From positions 32,001-96,000 of the forward strand of contig DASCPX010000160.1 in the NCBI GenBank assembly GCA_036012755.1: DNA of 64,000 bases. Reading direction: 5' to 3'. Each line of letters starts with the position of its first letter. Within the stretch, counting starts at the first letter, position 1. Below are positions 49,242-59,420 of this stretch, in pieces. Below the pieces are notes generated by a model. It searched no databases. It saw only the letters and a list, made by a program, of their open reading frames with translations, and was not told the origin of the DNA. Both the position numbers and the translations under genes were made by a program. Origin of the DNA: Myxococcota bacterium (GTDB lineage Bacteria > Myxococcota_A > UBA796 > CAJQPC01).

Positions 49242-51083
49242 TCACAGTGTCCTGAGCCACATGTCGAGCGCGATCAGGGTCCACAAGCGGGGACCGTGGT
49301 CACGTTCACCAGCGGCGTGCTCACGGGCCAGCTTGCGGATCGCGTCGACCCGGAAGATGCCGAGGGGGTCGTCGCAGACCGACTCGACGTGCTCCCAGAG
49401 GAAGGCCTCTCCGGCGCCGCGCAGCCAGCGGTTCATCGGGGCCGGCATCGAGCGCTTGGGCCTCCAGACGAGCTCCGCGCCCAACTCCTGCTCCATCGCC
49501 TGCGCCAAGGGCCAGCGGCCGTGCCAGCGACCGAAGCGTCGCTTGATCTTGCAGCGGCCGGGCACGGCCGCCGCCCAGGTGACCACGTCCCGATCGAGCA
49601 GCGGATGGCGGACCTCTACGCCCTGCGCCATCGAGCAGCGGTCGGTCCTCAGCAGGGTGTCCTCGGACAGCCACCCCCGCTGGTAGACGTGCAGCACCTG
49701 GTTGATGGGGTCGGCGTCGACCTCGTTGTAGAAGGGCTCGAGCAACATCCGCCGGATCCCCGGACGCACGTGGGCGGGGTCGCGGAGGATGTCCATGCGC
49801 CCGTCGACGTCGAAGACGTTCGACCCACCGACCTCTCGGACGAGGCCGAAGTGTTCAGGATCCTCCAGCGCCTGACCGCGGCCAACCGGGGCCAGGGCGC
49901 GCTCCAGCAGTCCACGGGCCGGGCGCGGGAGCTTGGCGCCGATCCGCGCCGCGCGCATCTCACGCACTAGCGCGGCGACCGCGGGACCCCCGAGCACCTC
50001 GTCCACCCCGTCCCCGGAGATCAGGATGCGCAGCCCGAGCTCCCGAGCGTGGGCAGCCGCGAGGTACTGGACGACCGCGCCCGCAGAGGGCATCGGCTGG
50101 CCAAGGACGTCTACGACCTTCGGCACGGCCGCGACGAAGTCCTCTTGCGAGATCCGCAGGGTCTGGTGCTCGCAGTCGAAAATGCGCGCGATGCGGCCGG
50201 CGAAGGAGGCCTCGTCGGGGCCGCCATCAGCGAAGGACACGTTCAGGCTGCGGATGGGACGACGTCGGCTCCAGAGCCGCGCGATGGACGATGAGGAGAT
50301 CCCGCCAGAGAGCAGCAGGCCGACTGACTTGTCAGCGACGCAACGACGCTCGATCGAGCGGTCGAGCAGCACCTCGAGGCGAGCCTGGATCGCCTCCTCC
50401 GGCTCCGGCTCGGCGCCAGGAGGCGAAGACTCGGGCAACCACCAGCGATGCAGGCGCACGCCCGTTCCGTCGACCCGAGCGATGTGGCCCGCCGGAAGGA
50501 GCTGGATGTCCCGCAGCAGGGTCCGCGGCGCATGGACGTAGCGGAAGCTGAGGTACTCGGCGAGCTCCTCGACCGCGATGTCCCGAGAGACCCAGGGCAG
50601 CAGCAAGAGGGCCCGAACGTCGGAGGCGAATGCGAAGCGCCGCTGTCTCCAGACGAAGTAGAGCGGCTTCACCCCGGCGGGGTCCCGAGCCAGGTGGAGC
50701 ACCCGGTCTCGACGGTCCCAGACGGCCAGGGCGAAGTCGCCGTTGAGCCGCGCGACCGTGTCCGAACCCCAGGTCTGCCAGCCCCGAAGCACCGCGTCCG
50801 CGTCACCGCCGGTGCGCGGTGGCTGACCCTCGAGCTGTCGTCTCAGACCGTCGAGGTCATAGATGCGGCCGTCCAGCACCAGGGTGTAGGGGTTCGCGGC
50901 GATCGGCTGCCGGCGCCCGGCCTCCGTGAGCGCCATGCGGCGCTGGACCAGGATCGCCGGCCCCTCGGCCCAGGTCCCCGAGTCGTCCGGGCCGCGATGG
51001 GCGACCGCATCTGACATCAGTCCGGCGAGGTCCCGGGAAGGAGCGGTACCTCTGAAGTCGACGATGCCGGCGATGCCTCCCAC
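49242..51083 (-). CDS. Asparagine synthetase B-like protein with degenerate motifs
   Basis: GGIAG, AHRGPD, ARDPAGVKPLY, LLSGG, SGDGVDE, EVRHPLLD; GTG start. Confidence 0.85.
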   Translation of the reverse strand: MGGIAGIVDFRGTAPSRDLAGLMSDAVAHRGPDDSGTWAEGPAILVQRRMALTEAGRRQPIAANPYTLVLDGRIYDLDGLRRQLEGQPPRTGGDADAVLRGWQTWGSDTVARLNGDFALAVWDRRDRVLHLARDPAGVKPLYFVWRQRRFAFASDVRALLLLPWVSRDIAVEELAEYLSFRYVHAPRTLLRDIQLLPAGHIARVDGTGVRLHRWWLPESSPPGAEPEPEEAIQARLEVLLDRSIERRCVADKSVGLLLSGGISSSSIARLWSRRRPIRSLNVSFADGGPDEASFAGRIARIFDCEHQTLRISQEDFVAAVPKVVDVLGQPMPSAGAVVQYLAAAHARELGLRILISGDGVDEVLGGPAVAALVREMRAARIGAKLPRPARGLLERALAPVGRGQALEDPEHFGLVREVGGSNVFDVDGRMDILRDPAHVRPGIRRMLLEPFYNEVDADPINQVLHVYQRGWLSEDTLLRTDRCSMAQGVEVRHPLLDRDVVTWAAAVPGRCKIKRRFGRWHGRWPLAQAMEQELGAELVWRPKRSMPAPMNRWLRGAGEAFLWEHVESVCDDPLGIFRVDAIRKLAREHAAGERDHGPRLWTLIALDMWLRTL

Positions 51084-51117
51084 GGGCCGCCCTCTAACAC
51101 CGGGATAGACTCGTGCC

Positions 51118-52431
51118 GTGGGCCTCCTGGCGCTGATTCTGGGCTGTTCGTGCGCGGAGGACCGCGACCCCGATGTCGTCTTCGTGCTGGTCGACACCCT
51201 GCGAGCCGACGCCCTGTCCTTCGCAGGCGCTCCCCTGCCCACCTCACCTCACCTCGACGCCCTCGTGGAGAGCGAGGCCGCCTGGTACACCCGTGCCTAC
51301 AGCGCCTCCAGCTGGACGCTGGCCTCGACGGCCACGCTGATCACGGGCCAACGGCCATTCAGCCACGGCGTCGTGCGCGCCGCGGACAACGACCGCTGCT
51401 ATGGCCGGCTGCAAGAACACCTGCCGACCCTGGGCAGCGTCTGGCGAACCCGTGGCTACAGAACGGGCGCCTGGATCAACAACGGCTTCCTCGCCCCCGA
51501 GTTCGGCTTCGCCCGGAGCTTCGACGTCTACGACTACGAGGGCGCCGAACTCCTCGGTCACAGGACCGCCGCCCAGACCGTAGACGCAGCGCTGGAGTGG
51601 CTCGACGCCGGCGAGGGCCCGGCCTTCATGATGGTCCACCTGATGGAGCCCCACGTCGACTACGACCCGGGACCCCCATTCGCGGGGACCTTCACCTCGA
51701 CAATGCCGGCGAGCATCTCGATCCCCCTCGGCTCGGCCCTGCACGGGGGCTGGATGGCCAGGGTCATCCCGCCTCCAGACGACGACGACCGCGCCTTCGT
51801 CCGGGCCGCCTACCAGGAGGAGGTCCTCGCGGTCGACCAGGCGGTCCACACCTTGATCGAGGGCCTGAAGAGCCGGGATCGGTGGGACGACGCCTTTTTC
51901 GTGCTCACCAGCGACCATGGCGAGGAGTTCTGGGAGCACGGCGGCTTCGAGCACGGCCACACGATGCGCTCGGAGGTGACCAGGGTGCCGCTCATCGTGA
52001 AGGCCCCGACCCTGGAGCCGGGCAAGCGTGACCAGCTGGTGGACGCCGTCAGCGTCTCTCGGGCCCTGGCCGCCGGACACCCCGGACCGCTGGTGACAGG
52101 TGACGCCTTCGCGCTGTCCGAGGACATCCTCTACGGCCCCCAGATGGCGAGCATCGTGACCCCCACCCATCGCCTGGAGGTCGCGCTGCAGACGAACGAG
52201 GTGACCCTCTGGGAGCTCGATCCCTCCGGCTGGGAGCCCGAGCGGTGGATGCAGGACTCGCCAGAGGTCCGCCAGGTGGCCGGAGAGCTGCGGGACCAGC
52301 TCCGCAGCACCCGCGGTGGACTGGCGGCCGCGCAACCCGTGAACCCCACCGGCATCGATCGCGAGGTCTTCCAGATGCTGCGCGAGCTCGGCTACATCGA
52401 CGGCGGCGCCGTGGCGAATCCGTGTGAGTGA
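51118..52431 (+). CDS. Sulfatase-like / alkaline phosphatase superfamily lipoprotein
   Basis: VLVDTLRAD, SWTLAS..LITG, MEPHVDY, TSDHGEEF, EHGH, LRELGYI. Confidence 0.85.
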   Translation: MGLLALILGCSCAEDRDPDVVFVLVDTLRADALSFAGAPLPTSPHLDALVESEAAWYTRAYSASSWTLASTATLITGQRPFSHGVVRAADNDRCYGRLQEHLPTLGSVWRTRGYRTGAWINNGFLAPEFGFARSFDVYDYEGAELLGHRTAAQTVDAALEWLDAGEGPAFMMVHLMEPHVDYDPGPPFAGTFTSTMPASISIPLGSALHGGWMARVIPPPDDDDRAFVRAAYQEEVLAVDQAVHTLIEGLKSRDRWDDAFFVLTSDHGEEFWEHGGFEHGHTMRSEVTRVPLIVKAPTLEPGKRDQLVDAVSVSRALAAGHPGPLVTGDAFALSEDILYGPQMASIVTPTHRLEVALQTNEVTLWELDPSGWEPERWMQDSPEVRQVAGELRDQLRSTRGGLAAAQPVNPTGIDREVFQMLRELGYIDGGAVANPCE

Positions 52432-54649
52432 GGTCTCGCTGGGGGCCTTCATCCTGGAGGACCCGATCGGCGCAGGCGGGATGGGCGAGGTCTGGCGCGG
52501 GCGCCACGGCGAGGTCGAGGCCGTCGCGGCCCTCGATCATCCCGGGGTCGTCCTCGTCTTCGATCACGGCGAGGTCGACGCGCTCCAGTCCGCCGCCTCG
52601 GGGGGCACGCTGCAGGTCGGCGAGCCCTACCTCGTGACCGAGTTCGCCAGCGGGGGGAGCCTCGACCGCAGGCGGCGACCTCGAGACTGGGCCGAGCTCC
52701 GAGCGCTGCTCCTCGCGCTGCTGGACGCTCTCGGGCACGCCCACGCCCACCGCGTCATCCACCTCGACCTGAAGCCCGGGAACCTCCTGCACTGCACCCG
52801 GGCCGACTTCCGGCCGGGCCTGAAGCTGACCGACTTCGGACTCGCCCAGGCCCTCGACGAGCTCCATCGACAACCTCATCGCAAGCCGGCGGGCACCCCC
52901 CAGTACATGGCTCCGGAGCAGTTCTCACGCGATGCCTCGCGAATCGGACCCTGGACCGATCTGTACGCGGTCGGCTGCATCGCCTGGGAGCTGGCCTGCG
53001 GCAGGCGGGTCTTCCCGGAGGGTGGACTCACCGACCTGATGCGCTCCCACGTCCACGCCCGGCCACCGGCCTTCACCCCGACCTTCTCCGTACCCGCGGA
53101 CCTGGAGGCGTGGGTGCTCAAGACCCTCGAGAAGGCCTCTGAGAAGCGCTTCCCGTACGCAGCCGACGCCGCCTGGACGCTGATGGGGCTCGGCGATCCC
53201 GTGGACCTCGACCGCAGCACAATGGACCTGGGTCTCTCCGAGGCCTCGACCTTCTGCTTCCAGACCCTCGCCCCGCTGACCGCCGAGCTGAACGTCCCCG
53301 AGCCGGTCAGCGACGAGGCAGAGAGCCGCAGCTGGGGTCATCCGCCCATGCCGCGAGACTGGCGGGCGCCGCTGGTGACGGTTCGGCGCACTGGAGAGGC
53401 CAGCGCCCTGGTGCTGTACGGGCCTCCGGGTGTCGGCAAGACCCGCGTGGCGAACTGGCTCGGGCTGCGGACCTCCGAGCTCGGCTCGGCCCGCTTCTAC
53501 GAGGCACGCTACGCCCAGGCCGAGGCAGGCATCTCCGGGCTCCTGGGCCGGGAGTTCGGCCAGGAGCGCGGGCAACCCCGAGTACGCCATCCAGCTCGTA
53601 GGCGACTGGCTCGGCCGCGGCCTGCTCCGGGCGACACCGACTGGCTTCGCCCTCTCCAAGGGCGCCGACCTGCGACTGCCAGCCAACCTCCGAGAGGTCT
53701 GGTCCGAGCGGCTGGAGCCGCTGTTGGCGGTCCTCGACGAGGACGAGATCGAGGGCCTCGACGACGAGCGCCTGGGCCTCTTCCGGCTCGAGGCCGGCCG
53801 TATCGGCGCGGCGGTGGATCCGCTCATCGCTGCAGCGAAGCGGGCGTGCATGGACGAGGACTACGGCCGCAGCATGCTCCTCGTCGAGACCGGGGAGCGG
53901 GCGCTGGACCAGCTCGGGCTGCCACCCGGTGACATCCGGCGCTTCCACATGAAGCGGCGAAGGCTGGTCTGCGTGACCAACGCCTGGGAGTTCGACAAGG
54001 TGCTGGGCCAGGCCGAGTCCCTGCTCATGGAGGCCCGGCGACACGGCTGGCCCACCTTCGACGTGCAGGCCATCCTGGCGACGAACCTGGCGATCCAGGG
54101 GGAGCACGCAGCGGCCAAGGCCTACATCCTCGAGGCCCTCGACCAGGAGACCGACCCCGGCCAGCGGGCGCAGCTGCTGTCCATCCGCACTACGCAGAGG
54201 CCATCCGGATCTGCAGGCAAAAGAGCCAGACCTCGATGTTCGTCTCGATGAACAACCTGGCGCTGGTGCACCTGCTCCGCGGCGACGTCGAAGCCGCGCA
54301 CGAGCTGCTCGGCGAGATCGTGCTGGAGGCGCCGAAGCTCTACGCGATCTACCCGGAGATCTACACCCGGGGGCTCCTGCTGGAGGTAGCGGCAGAGTTG
54401 GGCGACCTGGCGCTCTGGGACCAGTCTGTGCACGGCCTCAAGCCGCGCTTCGAAGCACAGCCCTTCTACGACAACGACTTCGCCGAGTCCTTCCAGCGTG
54501 CCGGGCGCCGCATCAGCGACCTGGCGCCCCGACGAGCCCGCTACGCGCTGGAGATGGCCGCAGCCCAGTTCCGCACCCTCGGTCGCGACGAGGACGCCGA
54601 CGAGACCGAGCTACTCCTCCGCCTGCTGCCGAGCGACTCGACGTCCTAG
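52424..54649 (+). pseudogene. Ser/Thr kinase - P-loop ATPase - TPR protein with several deletions and frameshifts
   Basis: GAGGMG, HLDLKPGN, TDFG and APE present but the VAxK strand is missing; Walker A GPPGVGKT; GNP motif and TPR tail lie in other frames (shifts near 53560 and 54200). Confidence 0.8.
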
Positions 54650-55465
54650 ACGGCTCCACCGGGTCGGCTCGTCGGCCGGGGGCACGGGGAACTCGCCGTC
54701 GCGGGTCTCCGCCCAGCTCACACGCAGCTCCTGCAACGCCCGGTCCCAGCGGGCCAGCATCGGCGGGATCGCGAAGGGCACGGCGAGCGCTCCGACATCC
54801 TCGACCGAGGCCTCGAGCTCCCCGCGGAGGTCGATCGGCTCCAGCGTGTACACACCCAGCGCCGGGCCGTGCTTGTCGAGGTGGACGCAGATGATGGCCT
54901 CGACGTGACGAAGCACCTCGATGAGCCCGATGGGCTGGAAGCGCCGAACCGGGTAGCCCGAGGCGTCGCCCATGCCGCTGAGGAGGAACAGCGCCTCCTC
55001 GAGCTCCTCGGACAGGGGCAGCTCGGCGCCGACGAGGAGGCCATCGAGCGTATCGTCCACGAGCAGCTCACCGAGCCGGTCCGGCTCCGCGACGGGCAGG
55101 CGGAAGCGCTGGCAGGGCTCGAACCAGGCACCGCCGCGGCGGGGCGCCCGGAACTGCTGCTCGTCGTCCTCGCCGACCTCGTGCGGGACGCGGGCGAGCT
55201 CGCCCTCTTCTCGGAAGCCGATCAGCGGCTTGCCCGGGAACAGCGACATCACCAGCGTGCCGACGTCGATTCCGGCGCAGTTGACGCCTCGGTGGGCATC
55301 CCGGGCGCTGTCGTCGGTGAAGGCAGCTCCGGAGACGACGACCCGGTGGATCCGAGGCAGCTCGCCTTCTTCCCAGCCCTGGATCCAACGCTCACGCCCG
55401 CGACAGAGGCGTCCGGGGCGTGAGGGGTCGAAGTGGCCGTGGCTGTAGCCGAGCGCTCGCACCAT
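54611..55465 (-). CDS. Hypothetical protein
   Basis: Protein-like composition and host codon bias; HLDKHGP and PFAIPPMLARWDRAL blocks; family not recognised. Confidence 0.65.
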   Translation of the reverse strand: MVRALGYSHGHFDPSRPGRLCRGRERWIQGWEEGELPRIHRVVVSGAAFTDDSARDAHRGVNCAGIDVGTLVMSLFPGKPLIGFREEGELARVPHEVGEDDEQQFRAPRRGGAWFEPCQRFRLPVAEPDRLGELLVDDTLDGLLVGAELPLSEELEEALFLLSGMGDASGYPVRRFQPIGLIEVLRHVEAIICVHLDKHGPALGVYTLEPIDLRGELEASVEDVGALAVPFAIPPMLARWDRALQELRVSWAETRDGEFPVPPADEPTRWSRLGRRVARQQAEE

Positions 55466-55560
55466 GCGGCGGCGACTATCGCGGCCTGAGCGGCTTGCCC
55501 ACAGGTGTTGCCCGCACACCGGCAGGCGACTAGGTGAGGCGACCCTTCTGGGAGGCCCCG

Positions 55561-57540
55561 ATGGCCGACACCTTCTACATCACGACGCCGCTGTACTACG
55601 TCAACGATGCCCCTCACATCGGCCACATGTACACGACGGTCGCGGCCGACGTGATCTCGCGGTGGCGCCGGCTCAAGGGCCACGACGTCCACTTCCTCAC
55701 CGGCACGGACGAACACGGTCAGAAGGTGCTCCGCGCCGCAGAGGCCCGGGGGCTCACGGCCCAGGCCCACGTCGACGAGCTCGTGCAGCGCTTCGTGGCC
55801 CTCTGGGACCGCCTCGACATCACCTGCGACGACTTCATTCGGACCACCGAAGAGCGCCACGTGGGCGTCGTGCAGCAAGTGCTCACGGAGCTCTACGAGC
55901 GAGGCGACATCTACAAGGAGTCCTACTCCGGCTGGTACTCGACCTCGGAGGAGCGCTTCTGGACGGAGAAGGACGTCGTCGAGGGGGAGGACGGCACGAA
56001 GCTCTGCCCGGCGTCGATGAAGCCTGTCGAGTGGATCGAGGAGGAGAACTACTTCTTCAAGATGAGCGACTACGCGGACCAGCTCCGCGCCCACCTCGAA
56101 GCGAACCCCGACTGGGTCCGCCCACAGGCCCGCCGGAACGAGCTCATCGGCGCCCTGAAGAAGGAGGTCGGCGATCTCTGCGTCACGCGCCCCAAGACCC
56201 GGCTGCCCTGGGGCATCGAGGTGCCCTTCGACAACGACTACGTGACCTATGTCTGGTTCGACGCCCTGCTCAACTACGTCTCGGCGGTGGGCTTGAAGTC
56301 GGATCCGGATGAGCTCTCCAAGCGCTGGCCCGCCGACTACCAGCTGCTCGGCAAGGACATCCTCACGACTCACACGATCTACTGGGGGTGCATGCTCTTC
56401 GCCATGGGTCTCGAGCCCGCGAAGTGCCTCTACGCCCACGGCTGGTGGACAGTCGAGGGCCGCAAGATGGGCAAGTCCCTCGGCAACGTCGTCGATCCCC
56501 ACCTGTTGATCGACGCATACGGCAGCGACAGCGTGCGCTACGTGCTGATGGGCGAGAAGTCCTTTGGCGGTGACGGTGACTTCAGCCACAGGAGCTTCCA
56601 GCTTCGCTACAACGCGGATCTCGCCGACAAGATCGGAAACCTCGCCCACCGCGCGCTCTCGATGACGCAGAAGTGGCTGGGCGGTCGGGTCCCGGCCCTC
56701 GACGCGAACCGAGCCGAGGACGACACCCTCCAGGCCGAGGTCTCCGCGGCCGTGGCCGACTTCGACGCCGCCGTGGAGGCAGTGCAGTACAAGGTCGCGC
56801 TGGAGGCTCTAGTGCGCATCGCGCGCGCGGGGAATGAGTACGTGCAGGCCCAGGAGCCATGGGCGCTGAACCGGAAGGGGGAGACCGAGCGTCTCGCCGG
56901 CGTGATGCGCCGGACCCTGGAGCTCTGCAGGATCACGGGCACGCTCCTGGCGCCTTTCTGCCCGCGAAAGTCCAGTGAACTGCTGGCCCGTCTCGGGGTC
57001 GAGGAGCCCGGCCTGGCCGGTCTCGAGCGCCTCGACGGTCTCGTCGAGGGCACCGAACTGACCCACGGGGAGCCGCTGTTTCCGCGGATGCAGGAACTCC
57101 CCGAGACCATCGCCGCCGCCCTCTCGGCCGTGGAGGGCGAGACCAGGACGAAGACGGCGCCGAAGAAGCCGAAGAAGCCGAAGAAGCCGAAGAAGCCGAA
57201 GAAGGAGCAGTACGACATGATCGAGTTCGACGACTTCACGAAGGTCCAGCTTCGGACTGGACGGGTGGTCTCCGCCGAAGGACACCCCAACGCCGACCGC
57301 CTGCTGCTCCTGAAGGTCGACGTGGGCGAAGGCGAGCCCCGGACCGTCGTCGCCGGGATCGCCCAGCGCTACGCACCCGACGACCTGGTCGGCAAGGACG
57401 TCGTGGTCGTGGTGAACCTGAAGCCGGCCAAGCTCCGGGGCATCCTCAGCGAGGGCATGTTGCTCGCCGCCGGGGGTGGCACGGTTGTTGCGCTCGCGAC
57501 CACCTCCGAGCCCGTTGATCCCGGCACCGTGGTGCGGTAA
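55561..57540 (+). CDS. metG: Methionine--tRNA ligase with C-terminal tRNA-binding domain
   Basis: YITTPLYY, HIGH, GTDEHG, YVWFDAL, KMGKS, NLKPAKLRGILSEGM. Confidence 0.97.
   Translation: MADTFYITTPLYYVNDAPHIGHMYTTVAADVISRWRRLKGHDVHFLTGTDEHGQKVLRAAEARGLTAQAHVDELVQRFVALWDRLDITCDDFIRTTEERHVGVVQQVLTELYERGDIYKESYSGWYSTSEERFWTEKDVVEGEDGTKLCPASMKPVEWIEEENYFFKMSDYADQLRAHLEANPDWVRPQARRNELIGALKKEVGDLCVTRPKTRLPWGIEVPFDNDYVTYVWFDALLNYVSAVGLKSDPDELSKRWPADYQLLGKDILTTHTIYWGCMLFAMGLEPAKCLYAHGWWTVEGRKMGKSLGNVVDPHLLIDAYGSDSVRYVLMGEKSFGGDGDFSHRSFQLRYNADLADKIGNLAHRALSMTQKWLGGRVPALDANRAEDDTLQAEVSAAVADFDAAVEAVQYKVALEALVRIARAGNEYVQAQEPWALNRKGETERLAGVMRRTLELCRITGTLLAPFCPRKSSELLARLGVEEPGLAGLERLDGLVEGTELTHGEPLFPRMQELPETIAAALSAVEGETRTKTAPKKPKKPKKPKKPKKEQYDMIEFDDFTKVQLRTGRVVSAEGHPNADRLLLLKVDVGEGEPRTVVAGIAQRYAPDDLVGKDVVVVVNLKPAKLRGILSEGMLLAAGGGTVVALATTSEPVDPGTVVR
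57160..57204 (+). repeat. (CCGAAGAAG)x5 tandem repeat encoding (PKK)5 in the MetG linker
   Basis: Five exact 9-bp copies. Confidence 0.95.
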
Positions 57541-57561
57541 ACCCGCAGCCCTGCGGGTTTT
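57539..57561 (+). terminator. Intrinsic terminator-like hairpin after metG
   Basis: AAACCCGCA-gccc-TGCGGGTTT followed by T. Confidence 0.7.
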
Positions 57562-57653
57562 CGGACTATTCGGAAAACTTGTCACACCCCTGGGATCACC
57601 GACGTATAGTTTGGCGACCTCAGGCCACCACCGGGATTTTCGGGAGAGACCTC

Positions 57654-59333
57654 ATGCACGCACCAATCCTGCTCCTCGCCGGCTTCGGCAGCCTCACGGG
57701 CTGTACCGACTACGAGCTGGTCACCGACCCCGGTAACTTCCAGGGCATCGATGACGACCGCGTGCCGGACATCGCCACGGATCCGACCGAGTACGACTTC
57801 GGTGCGCTGCAGGTCGGCGACCGCGAGTCTGCCACGATCGACGTGCGCGTCCTCAACAACGGCGACGCCGACCTCAGGATCACCGAGATCCGCCTGAGCG
57901 ACGCGGAGGCCCCCTACGACCTGGGCCCGGTCGACTCCGTCCTCATCCCCGCGGGCATGGCCACCCAGTTCACCGTGACCTTCACTCCCGCCACGGCTGA
58001 GGACTACGAAGCCAGCATCCTCATCGACAGCAACGACCCGGACACGCCCACCGCAGAGGTCCGCCTGCTCGGCCAGGGCATCGCTCCGATCATCGACGTC
58101 GACCCCGCCGAGTACGACTACGGCACGATGTACATCGGCTGCACGAGCTGGCTCCCGATCACCATCGCCAACGTCGGCAACGACAACCTGATCATCGACG
58201 AGTTCCAGTACTCGACCGGCTCCACCGACTTCGTGTTCGACCCGATCGGAAACCAGCTGCCAGAGGATCTCCAGCCCGACGTCTTCAACGGCGACATCAC
58301 CGAAGAGGCCTGGTCACTGAGCCCCAACACCTCTGTCGAGGTCTGGGTCGACTACGCCCCCCTCGATGAGTACCAGGACATCGCCTACCTGCAGATCTAC
58401 AGCAACGACCCGGCCGCGCCGATGGCTCGGGCGACGCAGAACGGCAACGGCGCCCTCGCCGGAGAGAACACGGACGTCTTCGAGCAGCCCATCAACGGCG
58501 CCACGGACATCATGTTCGCGGTCGACTGGTCCTGCTCCATGTGGGACGACGTCTCGAACGTCGATTCCAACTTCGACATCTTCGTCACCACGCTGGCCTC
58601 GATGGACGCCGACTATCACGTGTCCGTCGTGACAGAGGACGATGGCTGCATCAACTACCCCGCCGGCACCCAGCCCTACATCGACAACACCATGTCGCTG
58701 TCGGACCAGGAGGACGTGTTCGGGACGATGCTCTGCGAGAGCTACAGCGGCGTCTACTGCAACAGCTACGGAAGCAACACCGAGCGCGGCTTCATGCTGC
58801 TGGAGGCGGGCCTGAAGACCGCCAACATCCAGACCGGTGGCTGCAACGAGGGCTTCTACCGCGAGAACGCAACGCTCTCGCTGGTCGGCGTCTCCGACGA
58901 GCCCGAGCAGAGCGTCAACCCGTACACCTACTACGTCTCGCTGTTCCAGAGCATGAAGGACGACACCGACGACGTGGTCATGCACGCCATCGGCGGTGAC
59001 TACCCGACCGGCTGCGGCACGAACCAGGCCTACACCGGCTTCTACGAGGCCACCGTGGCATCCGGCGGTGTCTTCCTCAGCATCTGCGCCACCGACTTCG
59101 GCTCCCACCTCGAGACCCTCGCAGAGGGCTCCGCCGCGGACCTCACGAGCTTCGAGCTGACCGACATCCCGGTGCCGGACACCATCGAGGTCACGGTCAA
59201 CGGCATCCCGACGACCGTGGGCTGGTCCTACAACAACGCTGACAACAGCATCGACTTCGAAGAGTCCTACGTGCCGGAGGGTGGCTCCACCGTCCAGGTC
59301 TACTACGCCCTCTTCGGCGACTGCGACGGCTGA
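57654..59333 (+). CDS. Lipoprotein with two ASH/choice-of-anchor-D Ig-like domains and a vWA domain
   Basis: Repeated DFG..NxGxxxL..SNDP modules; MIDAS-like DWSCS; VSDEPEQS; SICATDF. Confidence 0.8.
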   Translation: MHAPILLLAGFGSLTGCTDYELVTDPGNFQGIDDDRVPDIATDPTEYDFGALQVGDRESATIDVRVLNNGDADLRITEIRLSDAEAPYDLGPVDSVLIPAGMATQFTVTFTPATAEDYEASILIDSNDPDTPTAEVRLLGQGIAPIIDVDPAEYDYGTMYIGCTSWLPITIANVGNDNLIIDEFQYSTGSTDFVFDPIGNQLPEDLQPDVFNGDITEEAWSLSPNTSVEVWVDYAPLDEYQDIAYLQIYSNDPAAPMARATQNGNGALAGENTDVFEQPINGATDIMFAVDWSCSMWDDVSNVDSNFDIFVTTLASMDADYHVSVVTEDDGCINYPAGTQPYIDNTMSLSDQEDVFGTMLCESYSGVYCNSYGSNTERGFMLLEAGLKTANIQTGGCNEGFYRENATLSLVGVSDEPEQSVNPYTYYVSLFQSMKDDTDDVVMHAIGGDYPTGCGTNQAYTGFYEATVASGGVFLSICATDFGSHLETLAEGSAADLTSFELTDIPVPDTIEVTVNGIPTTVGWSYNNADNSIDFEESYVPEGGSTVQVYYALFGDCDG

Positions 59334-59351
59334 TGCTCACGCGGTGAGTAC

Positions 59352-59382
59352 GGCGGCCGGCTCCTTCGGGATGCCGGCCGTC
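59352..59382 (+). terminator. GC-rich hairpin with cUUCGg tetraloop
   Basis: GGCGGCCGGC-TCC-TTCG-GGA-T-GCCGGCCGTC; weak U tail, so it may be a stabilising stem instead. Confidence 0.55.
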
Positions 59383-59420
59383 CTGTTCCTTGTGCATACT
59401 CACACTCGGAGGAAACGCCG

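Noticed and set aside
49242..51083. Lasso peptide cluster around the Cys-less AsnB homolog
   Set aside because: No B1/RRE, B2 protease or precursor ORF is adjacent.
57579..57610. Sigma-70 promoter TTGTCA...TATAGT before the Ig/vWA gene
   Set aside because: The spacer is 20 bp; the -10 is plausible but the pairing cannot be supported.
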